Positions 12,136 through 24,285 of a DNA stretch of 64,000 nucleotides are shown piece after piece. This stretch comes from the human T2T-CHM13v2.0 reference genome, Homo sapiens. Positions within the stretch are counted from its first letter, which is position 1. The number at the start of each line of letters is the position of its first letter. Below the pieces are notes generated by a model. That model was not told where the DNA came from, did not search any database, and was given only the letters and a program-made list of their open reading frames with translations. The stretch is taken from NCBI RefSeq assembly GCF_009914755.1, contig NC_060944.1. The stretch is one strand, 5' to 3'. Position numbers and translations under genes: made by a program.

Positions 12136-15100
12136 ATTTTACCTTTTTAATTAACCTTTTTGTTTCGAGATAATTATAGATTTACATGCAATTATGGGAA
12201 ATAATAGATCTTCTTACTGTTGATTTTTTTTAAAAAAGAACTCTATGTTTTAGAGACTAGTCCTCAGTCAGATGCGTAGTTTGCAAGTATTTTCTTCCAC
12301 TCTGAAGCTTGTCTTTCTATCCTCTTCACATGGTCTTTCATGGAGTAAAAAACAAAATTTCTTTTTAACTTTTATTTTAGGTTTGGGGGCACATGTGAAG
12401 GTTTGTTACATAGATAAACTCATGTCACAGGAGTTTGTTGTACAGATTGTTTCATCACTCAGGTATTAAGCCCAGTACCCAATAGTTATATTTTCTGCTC
12501 CTCTCCCTCCTCTCACCCCCACGCTATCAAGTAGACCCCAGTATCTGTTGTTCTCTTCTTTGTGTTCATGAGTTCTCATCATTTAGCTCCCACTTATAAG
12601 TGAAAACATGTGGTATTTGGTTTTCTGTTCCCGTTTTACTTTGCTAAAGATAATAATGCGGGACCATCCATGGTCCTGCAAAGCACATGATCTCATTCTT
12701 TTTTATAGCTGCATAGTATTCTGTCATGTATATGTGCCAAACTTTCTTGATCCAATCTGTCATTGGTGGGCATTTATGTTGACTCCATGTCTTTGCTATT
12801 GTGAATAGTGCTGCAATGACCATTTGCGTGCATGTGTCTTTATGGTAGAATGATTTATATTTCACTGGGTAAATACCCAGTTAAGGGATTGCTGGGCCAA
12901 ATGGTAGTTCTGCTTTTAGCTCTTTGAGGAATCACTATACTGCTTTCCACAATGGTTAGACTAATTTACACTCCCACCAATAGTGTGTAAGTGTTCCCTT
13001 TTCTCTGCAACCTCACCAGTGCCTGTTATTTTTTGACTTTTTAATAATAGCCATTCTGACTGGTGTGAGATGGTATCTCATTGTAGTTTTGATTTGCATT
13101 TCTCTAATGATAAGTGATACTGAGTTTTTTTTCATATGCTGTTGGCTGCATGTGTACCTTCTTTTGAAAAGTGTCCATGTCCTTTGCCCGCTTTTTAATG
13201 GGGCTGTTTTTTTTTCTCTAGTAAATTTGTTTAAGTTTCTCATAGATGCTGGATATTAGACCTTTGTCAGATGCATAGTTTGTGTTTTTTTTCCATACTG
13301 TAGGTTGTCTGTTTACTCTATTGATAGTTTCTTTCACTATGCAGAAGTTCTTAAATTTAATTAGATCCCACTTGTCAATTTTTGTTCTTGTTGCAATTGC
13401 TTTTGGTGTCTTTGTCATGAAATCTTTGTTCATTCCTATATCTAGGATGGTATTGCCTAGGATGTCTTCCAGGGATTTTAGAGTTGTGGGTTTTACATTT
13501 AAGTCTTGAGTTGATTTTTGTATATAATGTAAGGAAGGAGTCCAGCCTCAATCTTCTGCATATGGCTAGCCAGTTATCCCAGCACCATTTATTGAACAGG
13601 GAGAGAAAAACCCTATAGTCTTGGCCCCAATGCTGCTTCTGCTGAGAAACAACTTCAGCAAAGTTTCAGGATACAAAATCAGTGCACAAAAATCAATCAC
13701 TAGCATTCCTATACACCAACAACAGCCAAGCTGAGAGCCAAATCAGGAAGGCAATCCCATTCACAGTTGCCACAGAAAGAGTAAAATGCCTAGAAATACA
13801 GCTAACCAGAGGGATGAAAGATCTCTACAATGAGAATTACAAAACACTGCTCAAAGAAGGAAGACACAAACAAATGGAAAAACATCCATGCTCATAGATA
13901 GGAACAATCAATATCATTAAAATGACCATACTGCCCAAAGCAATGTACAGATTCAATGTTATTCCTATCAAACCACCAATGACATTCTTCACAGAACTAG
14001 AAGAAACTATTTTAAAATTCATATGGAACCAAAAAGAGCCCAAATAGCCAAGGCAATCCTAAGCAAAAGAAACAAAGCTGGAGGTATCACGTTACCTGAC
14101 TTTGAACTACACTACAGGGCTACAGTAACCAAAACAGCATGGCACTGGTACAAACACAGGCACATAGACCAATGGCACATAATAAAGAGCACAAAAATAA
14201 GGTCACACACCTATGACCATCTCTGATCTTCAGCAGAGTTGACAGAGCAAATGTTTTCAATTCTGATTAGGTTCAACTTATCAATTTTGCCTTTTATGGA
14301 TTCTGCTTGTGATATCAAGTCTAAGAACTCTGTCTAGCTATAGGTCCTGAAAATTTTCTTCTATTTTTCTAAAGTTTATAGTTTTATGCTTTACATTTAA
14401 GTCTGCTCTCCAAACCTCAGTTATCTTTTCATATAAGTTATTTTAAGTTAATTTTAATGTAAGTTGTAAGAATTTGACCAAGATTAATTTATTTTTTTGC
14501 CTATGGATGTCTAATTGCTCCATAATAATTTGTTGAAAGAGTTATATTTATTCTATGTAATTGCTTTTGTACTTTGTGAACAATAAGTTGAGCATGTTTG
14601 TGTGAGTCTGTTTCTCGGTTCTCTGATCTATCCATTGATCTGTTATTTACCTCTCTGTAAATATATCATACTGTCTCGATGACTAGAAATATAATAAGTC
14701 TTGAAATTGGGTAGACTGATTTATATTGCTTTATTCTTCTTTTACAAACTGGTTTAGCTATTATCATTCCCTTGTATGTTCATGTATATTTTAGAATAAT
14801 ATTGCCTATATCTACAAAAAGTCTTGCTGGGATTTTGATAGGAATTGCATAGAATCTGTATGTAAACTTGAGGAGAATTGACATCTTTACTATGTTGACT
14901 CTTCTAATTCAACATGATATATCTCTCCATTTATTTAGGTTTTCTCTTCATCACAGGCTTGTAGGTTTTGCAGTACTAATCTTGTTCATGTTTTGCTATA
15001 ATTTTTTAAACCATCAATCATAATTTAGAAAACTCAAGGGGAAAAGGGAAGTTTATTGTAATTATTCATTTTGTTCCTTCTTTGCTGATGGCTCAAGGTT

Positions 15101-16099
15101 TCCTCTTTTATCATTTCGTTTCTATTTAGAGAAATTCTTTTAGCCATTCTTTTGGAGTAGGCATGCTGGTGAAAAATTGTCTTAGTCTTCCTTCATCGAA
15201 AGATATCTTGATTTACTATTCCTTTTTGATGTATATAAATTTCAGCACTTGAAAATCCCAGTGCCATTTCCTTCTGTCTTCCATTGTTTCTAATGAGCAA
15301 TCCACTGTCATTCAAATTGATTCCCTATAGATAAAGTATAATTTCTCTCTCATTGCTTGCAAGATATTTCTGTCTTTAGTTCTCACATTTTCCTATGATG
15401 TGAATTCCTTCAAATTTATCCTGTTTTGAGTTTGCTCAGCTTCTTGAATCTGTAGGTTTATGTATTTTGCCACATTTCAAAGGAAAAAAAATCAGCAATT
15501 ATTTCTTTGATTACTTTTTCAGTCCTGCCCTCTTTCTCTTCTTCCTAAAGTCAAATTACATGAATGTTAGATCTTTTGTTATAGTCCCACAAGCCTCTGA
15601 GGCTCTGTTTTATTGTTGTTGTTGTTGTTGTTGTTCAATTTTTCTCTCTGTTGTTCAGACTGGGTAATTTTTATTTTTATAATCTTGTAGTTCACTGACC
15701 CTTTTTTCCTTCTCTTTTATTCTGCTGTTGAGTCCATATATTGAGCTTAAAATTTCAGTTGTATTTTTTAGTTCTAAAATTTCCTTTTGGTTTGTCTTGA
15801 GGTCTTTTTTCTTGCTTACACTTTATATTTTTTCATTTGTTTTAAGCATGTTCATAATTGTTTGCTTTTTTTAAATTCAGTTTGAGATATTCCTGGTTTT
15901 TGGTACGATGAATGATTTAAAAAAATTAAAATCAAGACAATATGGGTATTATGAGACTTGGGATCCTATTTAACTCTGTTTTAGCTGGCTTTCTCGGGCA
16001 ACACTCCACTGGGGGAAGGGGATGATGCTTTATTAATACAAGTTTGGAGTAGAAGCCTAGGTTTCCTGTATAGATTCCATTGACACCTGGGTTCGTCTC
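12136..16099 (-). mobile_element. Old L1M (L1MD/MC-like) fragment, itself interrupted by an L1PA
   Basis: gagataattatagatttacatgcaattatgggaaataata 3' end, reverse ORF2-like sequence (gctgggattttgataggaattgcat...), 12-bp TSD. Confidence 0.7.
12362..14245 (-). mobile_element. Older L1PA (about L1PA13-16) 3' part with 5' inversion; decayed ORF2 remnants
   Basis: Minus-strand ORF2 C-terminal peptides ([31 protein letters not shown]) up to ~13602, then plus-strand ORF2 peptides ([26 protein letters not shown]) at 13603-14245. Frameshifted, with stops. Confidence 0.9.
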
Positions 16100-16889
16100 C
16101 CACATTCTTTTGGCCAGTGCAAGTTACAAAGCCTACCTAGATTTGAAGACTGAAAAAATGGATACTACCATTTTTTTGGTAGAGATTCAAAGTCATGTTG
16201 AAAAAGGACACGGACACAGGGAGGAAAATAATTGTGGTCATTTGCTTTAGTGATTATGGATATGGCTACTAGTTGGTAATGTTGGGAGCAGCTATGAAAA
16301 GACTGGTTTCGTTTGGGAATAGTTGAACTAGGTTATTTCTTCTGGCAGTGATTTGATAGCAGGGCCAGTTTTCCAATACACATTCTTTTAGTATGTGACA
16401 ACGAAACCATGTTATCAATTTGTAAGGGAACATTTATCTTTTATTGCCCTCTGTAGCTGGTAGACACAAGCCTGTCTCATCTAAAGGCAAATTCACATTA
16501 CTGAAATACAAGTTAAAGAGAAAGGTGGCTAGAGCACATTCTGTTTTGTTCCTCACTGAGAATTTTAGTCTCACCTGTTAGGACTCTTTCTATTAATTCT
16601 CCATCTCACATTGGTATTAGGGCCTGATTCTATAGAAGCATCAATATCCAGGGGTTGATACTTAGCTCATGTAGCCCATGACCAATTTCCATCTATAGAG
16701 GAAAGAGCAATAAAAACTGCTGAAAATCTTATGTTGTATTACCAAATTTTTCTATAAGATTGTCTTACCAGACTGTTATACAAGGTGTTAGAGTATATAA
16801 CAATAGTCAGTAGTAGAATGAATGGGCTCAAGTGATTACATCTCCTATAAAACACTGGCTTGCAAAGATGAGCGTGATCCCTGAGGCTG

Positions 16890-17277
16890 ATCCCCAGCTG
16901 CCCTCATTGCTCATTAACATAAGATACTCCCACCAGTACTAGGATAGTTTACAAATGCCATGGCAACAAACCAGAAGTTACCACCCCTTTCCCAGAAAGT
17001 TAGAAACAACCCACCCCTCAATTTGCATTGACCTGTTCCTTAATTTATATGCAATGGAATGTGGACTTATCTGAGTATAAATACAGTTGCCAAGGACCCA
17101 TACATTGCCTATTCTTGGTGTACTGCCTATGAGTTAACTCTGCTTGGCAAGGAGCAGTACTGCTTAATGAAAGATTACTGTCTAACACCACGGGCTCACC
17201 CTTGAATTCTTTCCTGGGTGGAGCCAAGAATTCTCCTGGGCTAAGCCCCAATTTTGGGGCTTACTTGTCCTGCATCA
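16890..17277 (+). mobile_element. 3' portion of an ERV1 LTR of the MER41/MER66 group
   Basis: actcccaccag...tttacaaatgccatggcaac...cccctttcccagaaa, TATA (tataaata), end ctaagccccaattttggggcttacttgtcctgcatca. Confidence 0.7.
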
Positions 17278-17586
17278 TTCCCTTTGATCGTTATGACCCA
17301 GGCATCTCACCATGGCCCATCAGAACTCCCATAATCTTGTCTTTCCTGTTTTCCTAACATACCTCTCATATCTTCCCTATACACATTAGTTTTCAAGAAT
17401 GTTTTCTTATACCTTAGAGTGCTCTTCTGAAGGTGTAAGTGGAGTATTTTTCCCCCCTAAGTCTTATTCAATTCCTACTTAGTTCACAAGTGATACCCTG
17501 ATAAAGCCTTAGTGACCCACCATGTGGAATTAACAACCTTTTCCTTTGTGTTCGCCCACCTTGATTTTCCACCATTGCTCCTATAA

Positions 17587-18002
<416 letters not shown>

Positions 18003-19239
18003 CAGGGTTCTCACATTTCTAACACAGTGATGGCCACATGTTTATTGACTAGCCAAGGATCTCTTGACCTTGATACGGTTTCCTCTGAGGCAACTCTGGA
18101 CCCTCCACTACACAGAGTTCTGAAACTGTAGTGCCCCAGCCCTTCCTGGGCTTCGCAACCAGTCTTCCTTCTGCCCTAACTCTGTGTCCCAAGAAGGGGC
18201 ACATGCCTTTTAACTACTAGCAAAGCTTTGCATACCTTCTTAATTAAATTTTTCAGATCAGTTCCTAGAAGTGAAATTACTGGTTCAAAGTAATTTTACA
18301 GCTTTTGAAATATATTATCAAATTACCCTCCAGAAAAGTTTATTTACTATTTCCATTTCCTTGAACATTTGCTATTACTCAATATTATCATTAAAAAACC
18401 CTCTCCAATTTGCTGGTAAAAGCAATGTTCTCTTACAGTTTTCTTACTATACTCATATGGGTATTTTACAATCTTGGACCTTATTTTTATGTCCTAAATT
18501 TCCATTCATGGATCTTCAGACATTGATGTAAGTGCTTTCTTCTCTCTTCTTGACTGTTCCTGGACTCCTCAGAGTTTTGTCGGGCAGGTATGCAGCTTGG
18601 GCTTCACACTAGCTTCAGTCTGTGTGTCCAGCTCTTTTTGAATCCTCCACCCAACCTGAGTTGTCATGCAGTGTTTTGGGGATCTCCTACCCCTTTGTTC
18701 ATGGTGTTCTGTTCATAGCTACTGGGAATTCCTCCATGTCCTAAAATTTTCATGCATTAAGCCTGCTCTGGGCTGAGCTCTTTGTCTTGTTTGGTATTAG
18801 GGGGAGATTAGAAATGGCCTCCACAGGTGGTGAGCAGAGCAATAACTGGGAAAACAAGCAAGATCAATATCTAATCCTGTGCAGTCAGCCAACCTTTTCA
18901 AAGCCTCATCTGTATTGATTTCTGTGGGTGACACTTCCCTTTCTTGGGTAATCAGTCCCTTTTCTCAGCGGGTGAACGAGTGAGCAGTACTTACTCCTGC
19001 TTTTGTAGAAGCAAGGGTGGCTGCTTAACTCTGAGCTGCTGGAGAGAGGGAGGGAGGCCCAGAGTGGCTTCCTTTGAACCAAAGCCCCTGTGCGGTGGCC
19101 TGGGTGATATGGGTATTTATCTAGTCACATTCTTGTTCTGGATTGAAGGCTCTTAAATCCGAGGGGACAGAGAGCTGTGGCTTAGCAGAAACGTGGTGGA
19201 GAAAAGGTCAGTAAATTCAATGGAAGCGAATGAGCTTTA

Positions 19240-19400
19240 CTAAACACCCATTATGACTTCCAGTGAGATAAGCATTATCACCTTCATTTTAGATAAAGAG
19301 TGTGGTTCAAGGAAGACAAGTTACTTATTCAAAATCACACAATTGGCAGTGTCAGAATTTGAACTCAGAAGACACCAAAGTCACTACACAACACGATATC
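19240..19400 (-). mobile_element. MIR fragment
   Basis: attatcaccttcattttagataaagag...caagttacttattcaaaatcacacaattggcagtgtcagaatttgaactcag. Confidence 0.6.
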
Positions 19401-20074
19401 CTACACCCTTGATCTGAGGACCCAAAATCTAGTGTCACATGGTCCAGAAATACCTGGATGAATCTCTTGCGGGGCATCGAGAAGAAACTGGGGATGTATA
19501 CATTTTGGAAAACGGGACATGTCAACAAATCTGAAGGACGATGATATACAATAGAAGTGAGAATTTTGTTGTTGCTGCTTCAAAGGGCAAAAGTAGGCTG
19601 CAAATGTGAAAGCCACAGGAAGGCAGATTATGCTTCCCTAGAAGGAAACACTATGCAGCTGTGTATTGTTAACAAAGGAATGGGTTGCACTGAGATCTTC
19701 CCCAACACAGAAGTACATTTCTGCATAACTCTGTACTTCTTAGTATGCTGTTTCTTCATCCTGGAGTATTGAGTGAACTCCTATTCATCCTTCAGGACTC
19801 AGCACAAATGCCATTCGTCCATGCACCCATCCATCCAAAAGTATTCATTGAATGCTATATGCCAGGAAATATATTAGAAACTGGGGATCCATGATGAGGA
19901 AGACAGGCATAGTTACTGGCTTCCTGGGTTTACGTTGTGGAGTGAATCTCTTCTCTGTGTCTTTGACACATGCCTACTGAAGAGCTCTCAGTTGAGCCTC
20001 CTCTATGGCCCCACGATACCATGCTTATGATTTAACATGGCAGCCACCATCCCATATGTAATAATCTGTTTGAG

Positions 20075-20541
20075 TAGACCCTGTTAGTGCCCTATACGTA
20101 TCCATTGGGATCTTAGTATGGTCATGTTTGTTGCCTGATTTCCAATTGCCCGAGGCTTTCTCTGGCAGCCAGAGCCCACTCTGCTAGCAAAGCACAGCAG
20201 GCCAGAAGTACCAGACAATAAACACTCTCTGGGAGAAGCCCTCAACAAGTGCGTTATGGGAGTTGGTGGATGTATTAAGCATCCTAGATCTCTTAACCCT
20301 CAGGTGGGATAACTGTAAGGTGTATGCTTTACCCTGACTCTGAGTTCCCCATATGATTAAGATCTGGTTGTCTGCAGTGATCACTGGTTGATAATGCACC
20401 CTATATTATCATTGGCTGTCTCCTTTTTCCTGTTTCACTTTCCCACTTTCCTATTGGAGTTTCCAGAAATCATTTCCTAAACAAAGTCGTTGCCCTTGAA
20501 TCCTCTCAGCATCTATTTCAAGAGAAACACAAATAAAGGCA
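20075..20541 (+). mobile_element. ERVL LTR16-family solo LTR
   Basis: gaggctttctctggcagccagagccc...cccctcaggtgggataact...ttgaatcctctcagcatctatttcaagagaaacacaaataaaggca. Confidence 0.65.
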
Positions 20542-21113
20542 TTGTTAATGGGTAATAGTGGTTAGAAGGGAAAAGAATCATAGCAGAATAAACATATTTC
20601 TAGTCCAAGCCAGTGATTGTGGCATACACATCACATATGTGGTACGAGATTTTGTACAGATGATGGCATAGTTTGTATTTTTGTTTAGTTAGCAATAAAA
20701 AATGTGTGCACTGTGTCCTTTTATCTTGGAACAATCAAGGACAATCAAGCCCACCCAAAGAGATGAAGTGAGGCAGAGCAGAGAACCAGCATTTGCTTTG
20801 ATGTCTGGCTGTCCCACAAACTCTGAGCTTCAAGCAGGGAGCAGTCATATTTTCTTCACAACTATAATCCATAAGCCTGCAAAAGACATTGATTCAAAAC
20901 AGGCAGCAACAATGCAGAATTGACTTGTAAATTCAAGTGGTTCTGTTTATGAGTTTCACTTTTCACCACCGTATTTAACGAGAACACCACCACAACCAAC
21001 ACAATTTATAGGCAATTTTCTGTGGGTCAGGCATTATGGTTGATGCTCTACATACATTTTCTAATTTAAAAATCCCAGCTTGTGAGGTGGTTCCATGGTA
21101 CAGGTGTTAATGC

Positions 21114-21584
21114 TGTGGCAGTTGCTGGTGACGCCCTGCCCCATCTCCCCTTGGCCCATCTGAGTTGACCTGCAGCTGTGATTCTCATCACTATAACAGC
21201 TCTTCACCTCAGGTGCTTCCATCTCTCTTCTGTGCCTCAGGGTTTTATCTGGCATTATGGGAACTTGCTGTGTAGTACATAGAGAGAATCTGAAAGTAGA
21301 AGTTAAAGACCTCAGGGGTAGCCATCAACCAGTGAGAGAATGGAGTAGGCAGATATTCTGCCCCAGCCTCCCTGTCCTGCATGAAGGTTCTGGGGGCACA
21401 TTTTACATTATTTCTTGGAGTACTTCCTGTGGGACTGGGCTCTAGTGGCTCACAGCAGGAACCTGCTCATGAACATATGCTTGATTGGCTTTCCCTGCTT
21501 CACCGCTTCCTCACTGGCTACAGAAAATCACCAGCATCCAAGTCCTTATCTCAAGGTCTCCTTTGAGGAACCCAAGGTAAGACA
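21114..21584 (+). mobile_element. ERVL LTR16A/B-like solo LTR inside a MIR
   Basis: tgtggcagttgctggtgacgccctgcccc...aagtccttatctcaaggtctcctttgaggaacccaaggtaagaca, with MIR on both sides. Confidence 0.7.
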
Positions 21585-22755
21585 ACCATCATTTTACAAT
21601 TAAGAAAACTGATATTCAGAGAGTATAAGTGACTTGATTGTGGTTGCTCAGTTAATAAGTGGTGGACCCAAGATTTAAACCTAGATCTATCTTGTCTATG
21701 ATCATTCAGTTCTATGTTATATCCCGAAATAAAGACAAAAGTTTTATTCAACTATAAAGGTTTCTATAGTCATTCACAAGCACTTACTACATATCAGGTT
21801 CTCTGTTAGGTGCTAGAAATAAGGAGTGAATAATGGCAGTGCCCAAATGTCCAAGCATTTTAGAGTCTAATAGAGGAAGAAGTTTGGAAGTATAAATAGC
21901 AAAAAAAAAAAAAAAAAGCTGCAGAGAAGAGAGCCTATCGGAAATATTCCAGTTCAGTAGCTCAAGAACACAGTGGAAAAGTCAATGGTATAATTATTAA
22001 TCACCTCTACAAGAGCAATAACTTGGTAATTATATTTTTGTATGTTCATTAAGCATTTAAACCTAATTTTTATACACAATGGGGTTATAACATGGCTGTA
22101 TTAGTAAGTTCATTTTGTATTCACTTTCCAAAGATGTTAACGCTCATTTAATAGTTTGGTAATTTGTCTGTGTCATCCTAAATTATTGGCACAATCTTCA
22201 TTGGAGGAAGAAGAAGTATTTCTGGAAGCCCAGTGTACCTTTGATGGCTTGTGGATAAAAACTGGGCCGCTGTAAACTGTCACACACAGTCTACACTTAG
22301 TCCAGGGAAATATATACACCCTCGCTTTTTCATGAGATAGTATCAGAAATCTCCAAGGTATGTCTCATCAGTCCTTCACAATGGCCCCTTCGGTGATCAT
22401 ATAGTACCTGTCATTTTCCTCCTCTCCTGTGTTAGCTCATTGTGATCCCATCTCTGATGATGCCCAAAGAGCATTGACATCACTGCATCAAAACCCTGCA
22501 TGCTGATTCCTGCTGAAGTGTTGTTGATGCCTAAACCTGGGGACCCATATATAGACTGTCAGTCAATACCTTCCCCTAGGCCGTCAAAGCAGCTGACAAC
22601 TTGTCTCTCCATGCCCTGTCTCTTGAAGAAATCTTGGCTGTCCTGCTTTTGACTGGCATGCTTCCAAGGGGGGATTACCTGCCAGGACTTTCTACCTGAA
22701 GAGTAAACCCCATGTGTCCTCATTTGCGAAGTGGGATAGGATCTATCTTCAGGTC

Positions 22756-23225
22756 TGTAGTAGACACTCTTTGTGTCCCACCGATATCTCTGGCTCTTAC
22801 CATTTCTGTGCATGTTTGCCTAACTTTTCATTGCCAGTACATGCATTTCTTTTCCTGGGGTCTCTCTTTGGCTACCACAAGCATGACAGCTCAGAAATGC
22901 CAAGGAACTAATTCCTGGGAGCAGCCTTCAGCCAGTGACTAAAGGGAGTTATTGTATAAATATCCCAGCTCCTTCACTCCTCAAATGGGAGAATTCTGCA
23001 GTTCAAGTTCAACACAGTATCTCAGAGCTCCCCAGTGGTATTGAGCTCTAATTGTCCATGGTGGTTCCTGCTTGTGACACCACACCTTTTTACTGCCTTC
23101 TTTCCCTTCTCTGTCCCACTTTTCCACTCCCCTACCAGTGTGTCCTGCAATCACCTCCCAAATAAAGAACTTGCCCTCAGATTTTTGTCTTGGATGCTAT
23201 TTCTGCAGGAATCCAAACTAAGACA
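22756..23225 (+). mobile_element. ERVL LTR16C-like solo LTR
   Basis: tgtagtagacactc...tataaatatcccagctcc...cacctcccaaataaagaacttgccctc...ccaaactaagaca. Confidence 0.75.
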
Positions 23226-23341
23226 CGGGGTTGCCGTAAGATTAAATACCATGTGTGTGTATAGCTCTTAACGCAGTGTGTATACATTAGTCACTAATAC
23301 TTGTTGAATAAATAAGTGGATATATTTGACTCTGTGAAGTC

Positions 23342-23636
<295 letters not shown>

Positions 23637-24119
23637 ATCTGTGAAATCCTACAGTTTTACCTGTTGTTATTTCTTTGTGGCCCCAGCTCTACATTTTTAT
23701 GACTCCTGAATTCAACTTCTGTGCTTGTCTCAATTTATTAAGAACAGTTTCTAGAGTTAAATAAGTCTGAATCTACTTGTTACTTGTTTTCTTCTGATAA
23801 TACTAGATTATAAAAAATTCATGAGCTTCAAAAGGCAATGTCCTATGAGTTACATGAGAGATCCATAACAAAAACATTCACACATTTAAAATAGCATGAG
23901 CTCCAATTAACATATAGCACACGCATCCCAGTAACAACAGCTGTACATCTGCTCGGAAGAAACGAATTTGGCTCATCTACCTAGTCTGGGCTTTGGCTCG
24001 TGTTTGCATAAAGACTCATAGGCCAAACCCTGATTGTCTTATCCTTTGGAGGACCACCAAATTGCCATGCCTTTAAATGCCTTGCAACTGGACTTTTACC
24101 TTTAATTATATCATAGATC

Positions 24120-24285
24120 CAGACTGATGCTCCACAGGCTAACTCTGGATAGAAGATATGTTTTGTTTGGTATAAAAAATGTAGTACAAATTCAGCCTTT
24201 AAAAATTGAGAAATTTCAATGAATATATGGATTCATGGTTCCTTTTGAAAATATTGAAGATCTAGTAACCCTGGGTCTGAATTTC
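24120..24285. mobile_element. MER102-like hAT fragment
   Basis: aaaattgagaaatttc...ccttttgaaaatattgaagatctagtaaccctggg resembles MER102. Confidence 0.5.

Larger units (their letters stand above)
11779..16245 (-). mobile_element. MLT1H-like LTR (11779-12135 and 16100-16245) split by an L1M insertion
   Basis: tgtatcagttagcttttactatgtaacaaac start. Duplicated ccacattctttt at 12124-12135 and 16100-16111 flanks the insert. Confidence 0.75.

Noticed and set aside
12608-14226. ORFs resembling reverse transcriptase-associated protein
   Set aside because: Fragmented L1 ORF2 remnants with stops, frameshifts and an inversion; not a functional CDS.
18810-18840. CTCF-like ccacaggtggtg
   Set aside because: Several mismatches or a gap relative to the CTCF core consensus.
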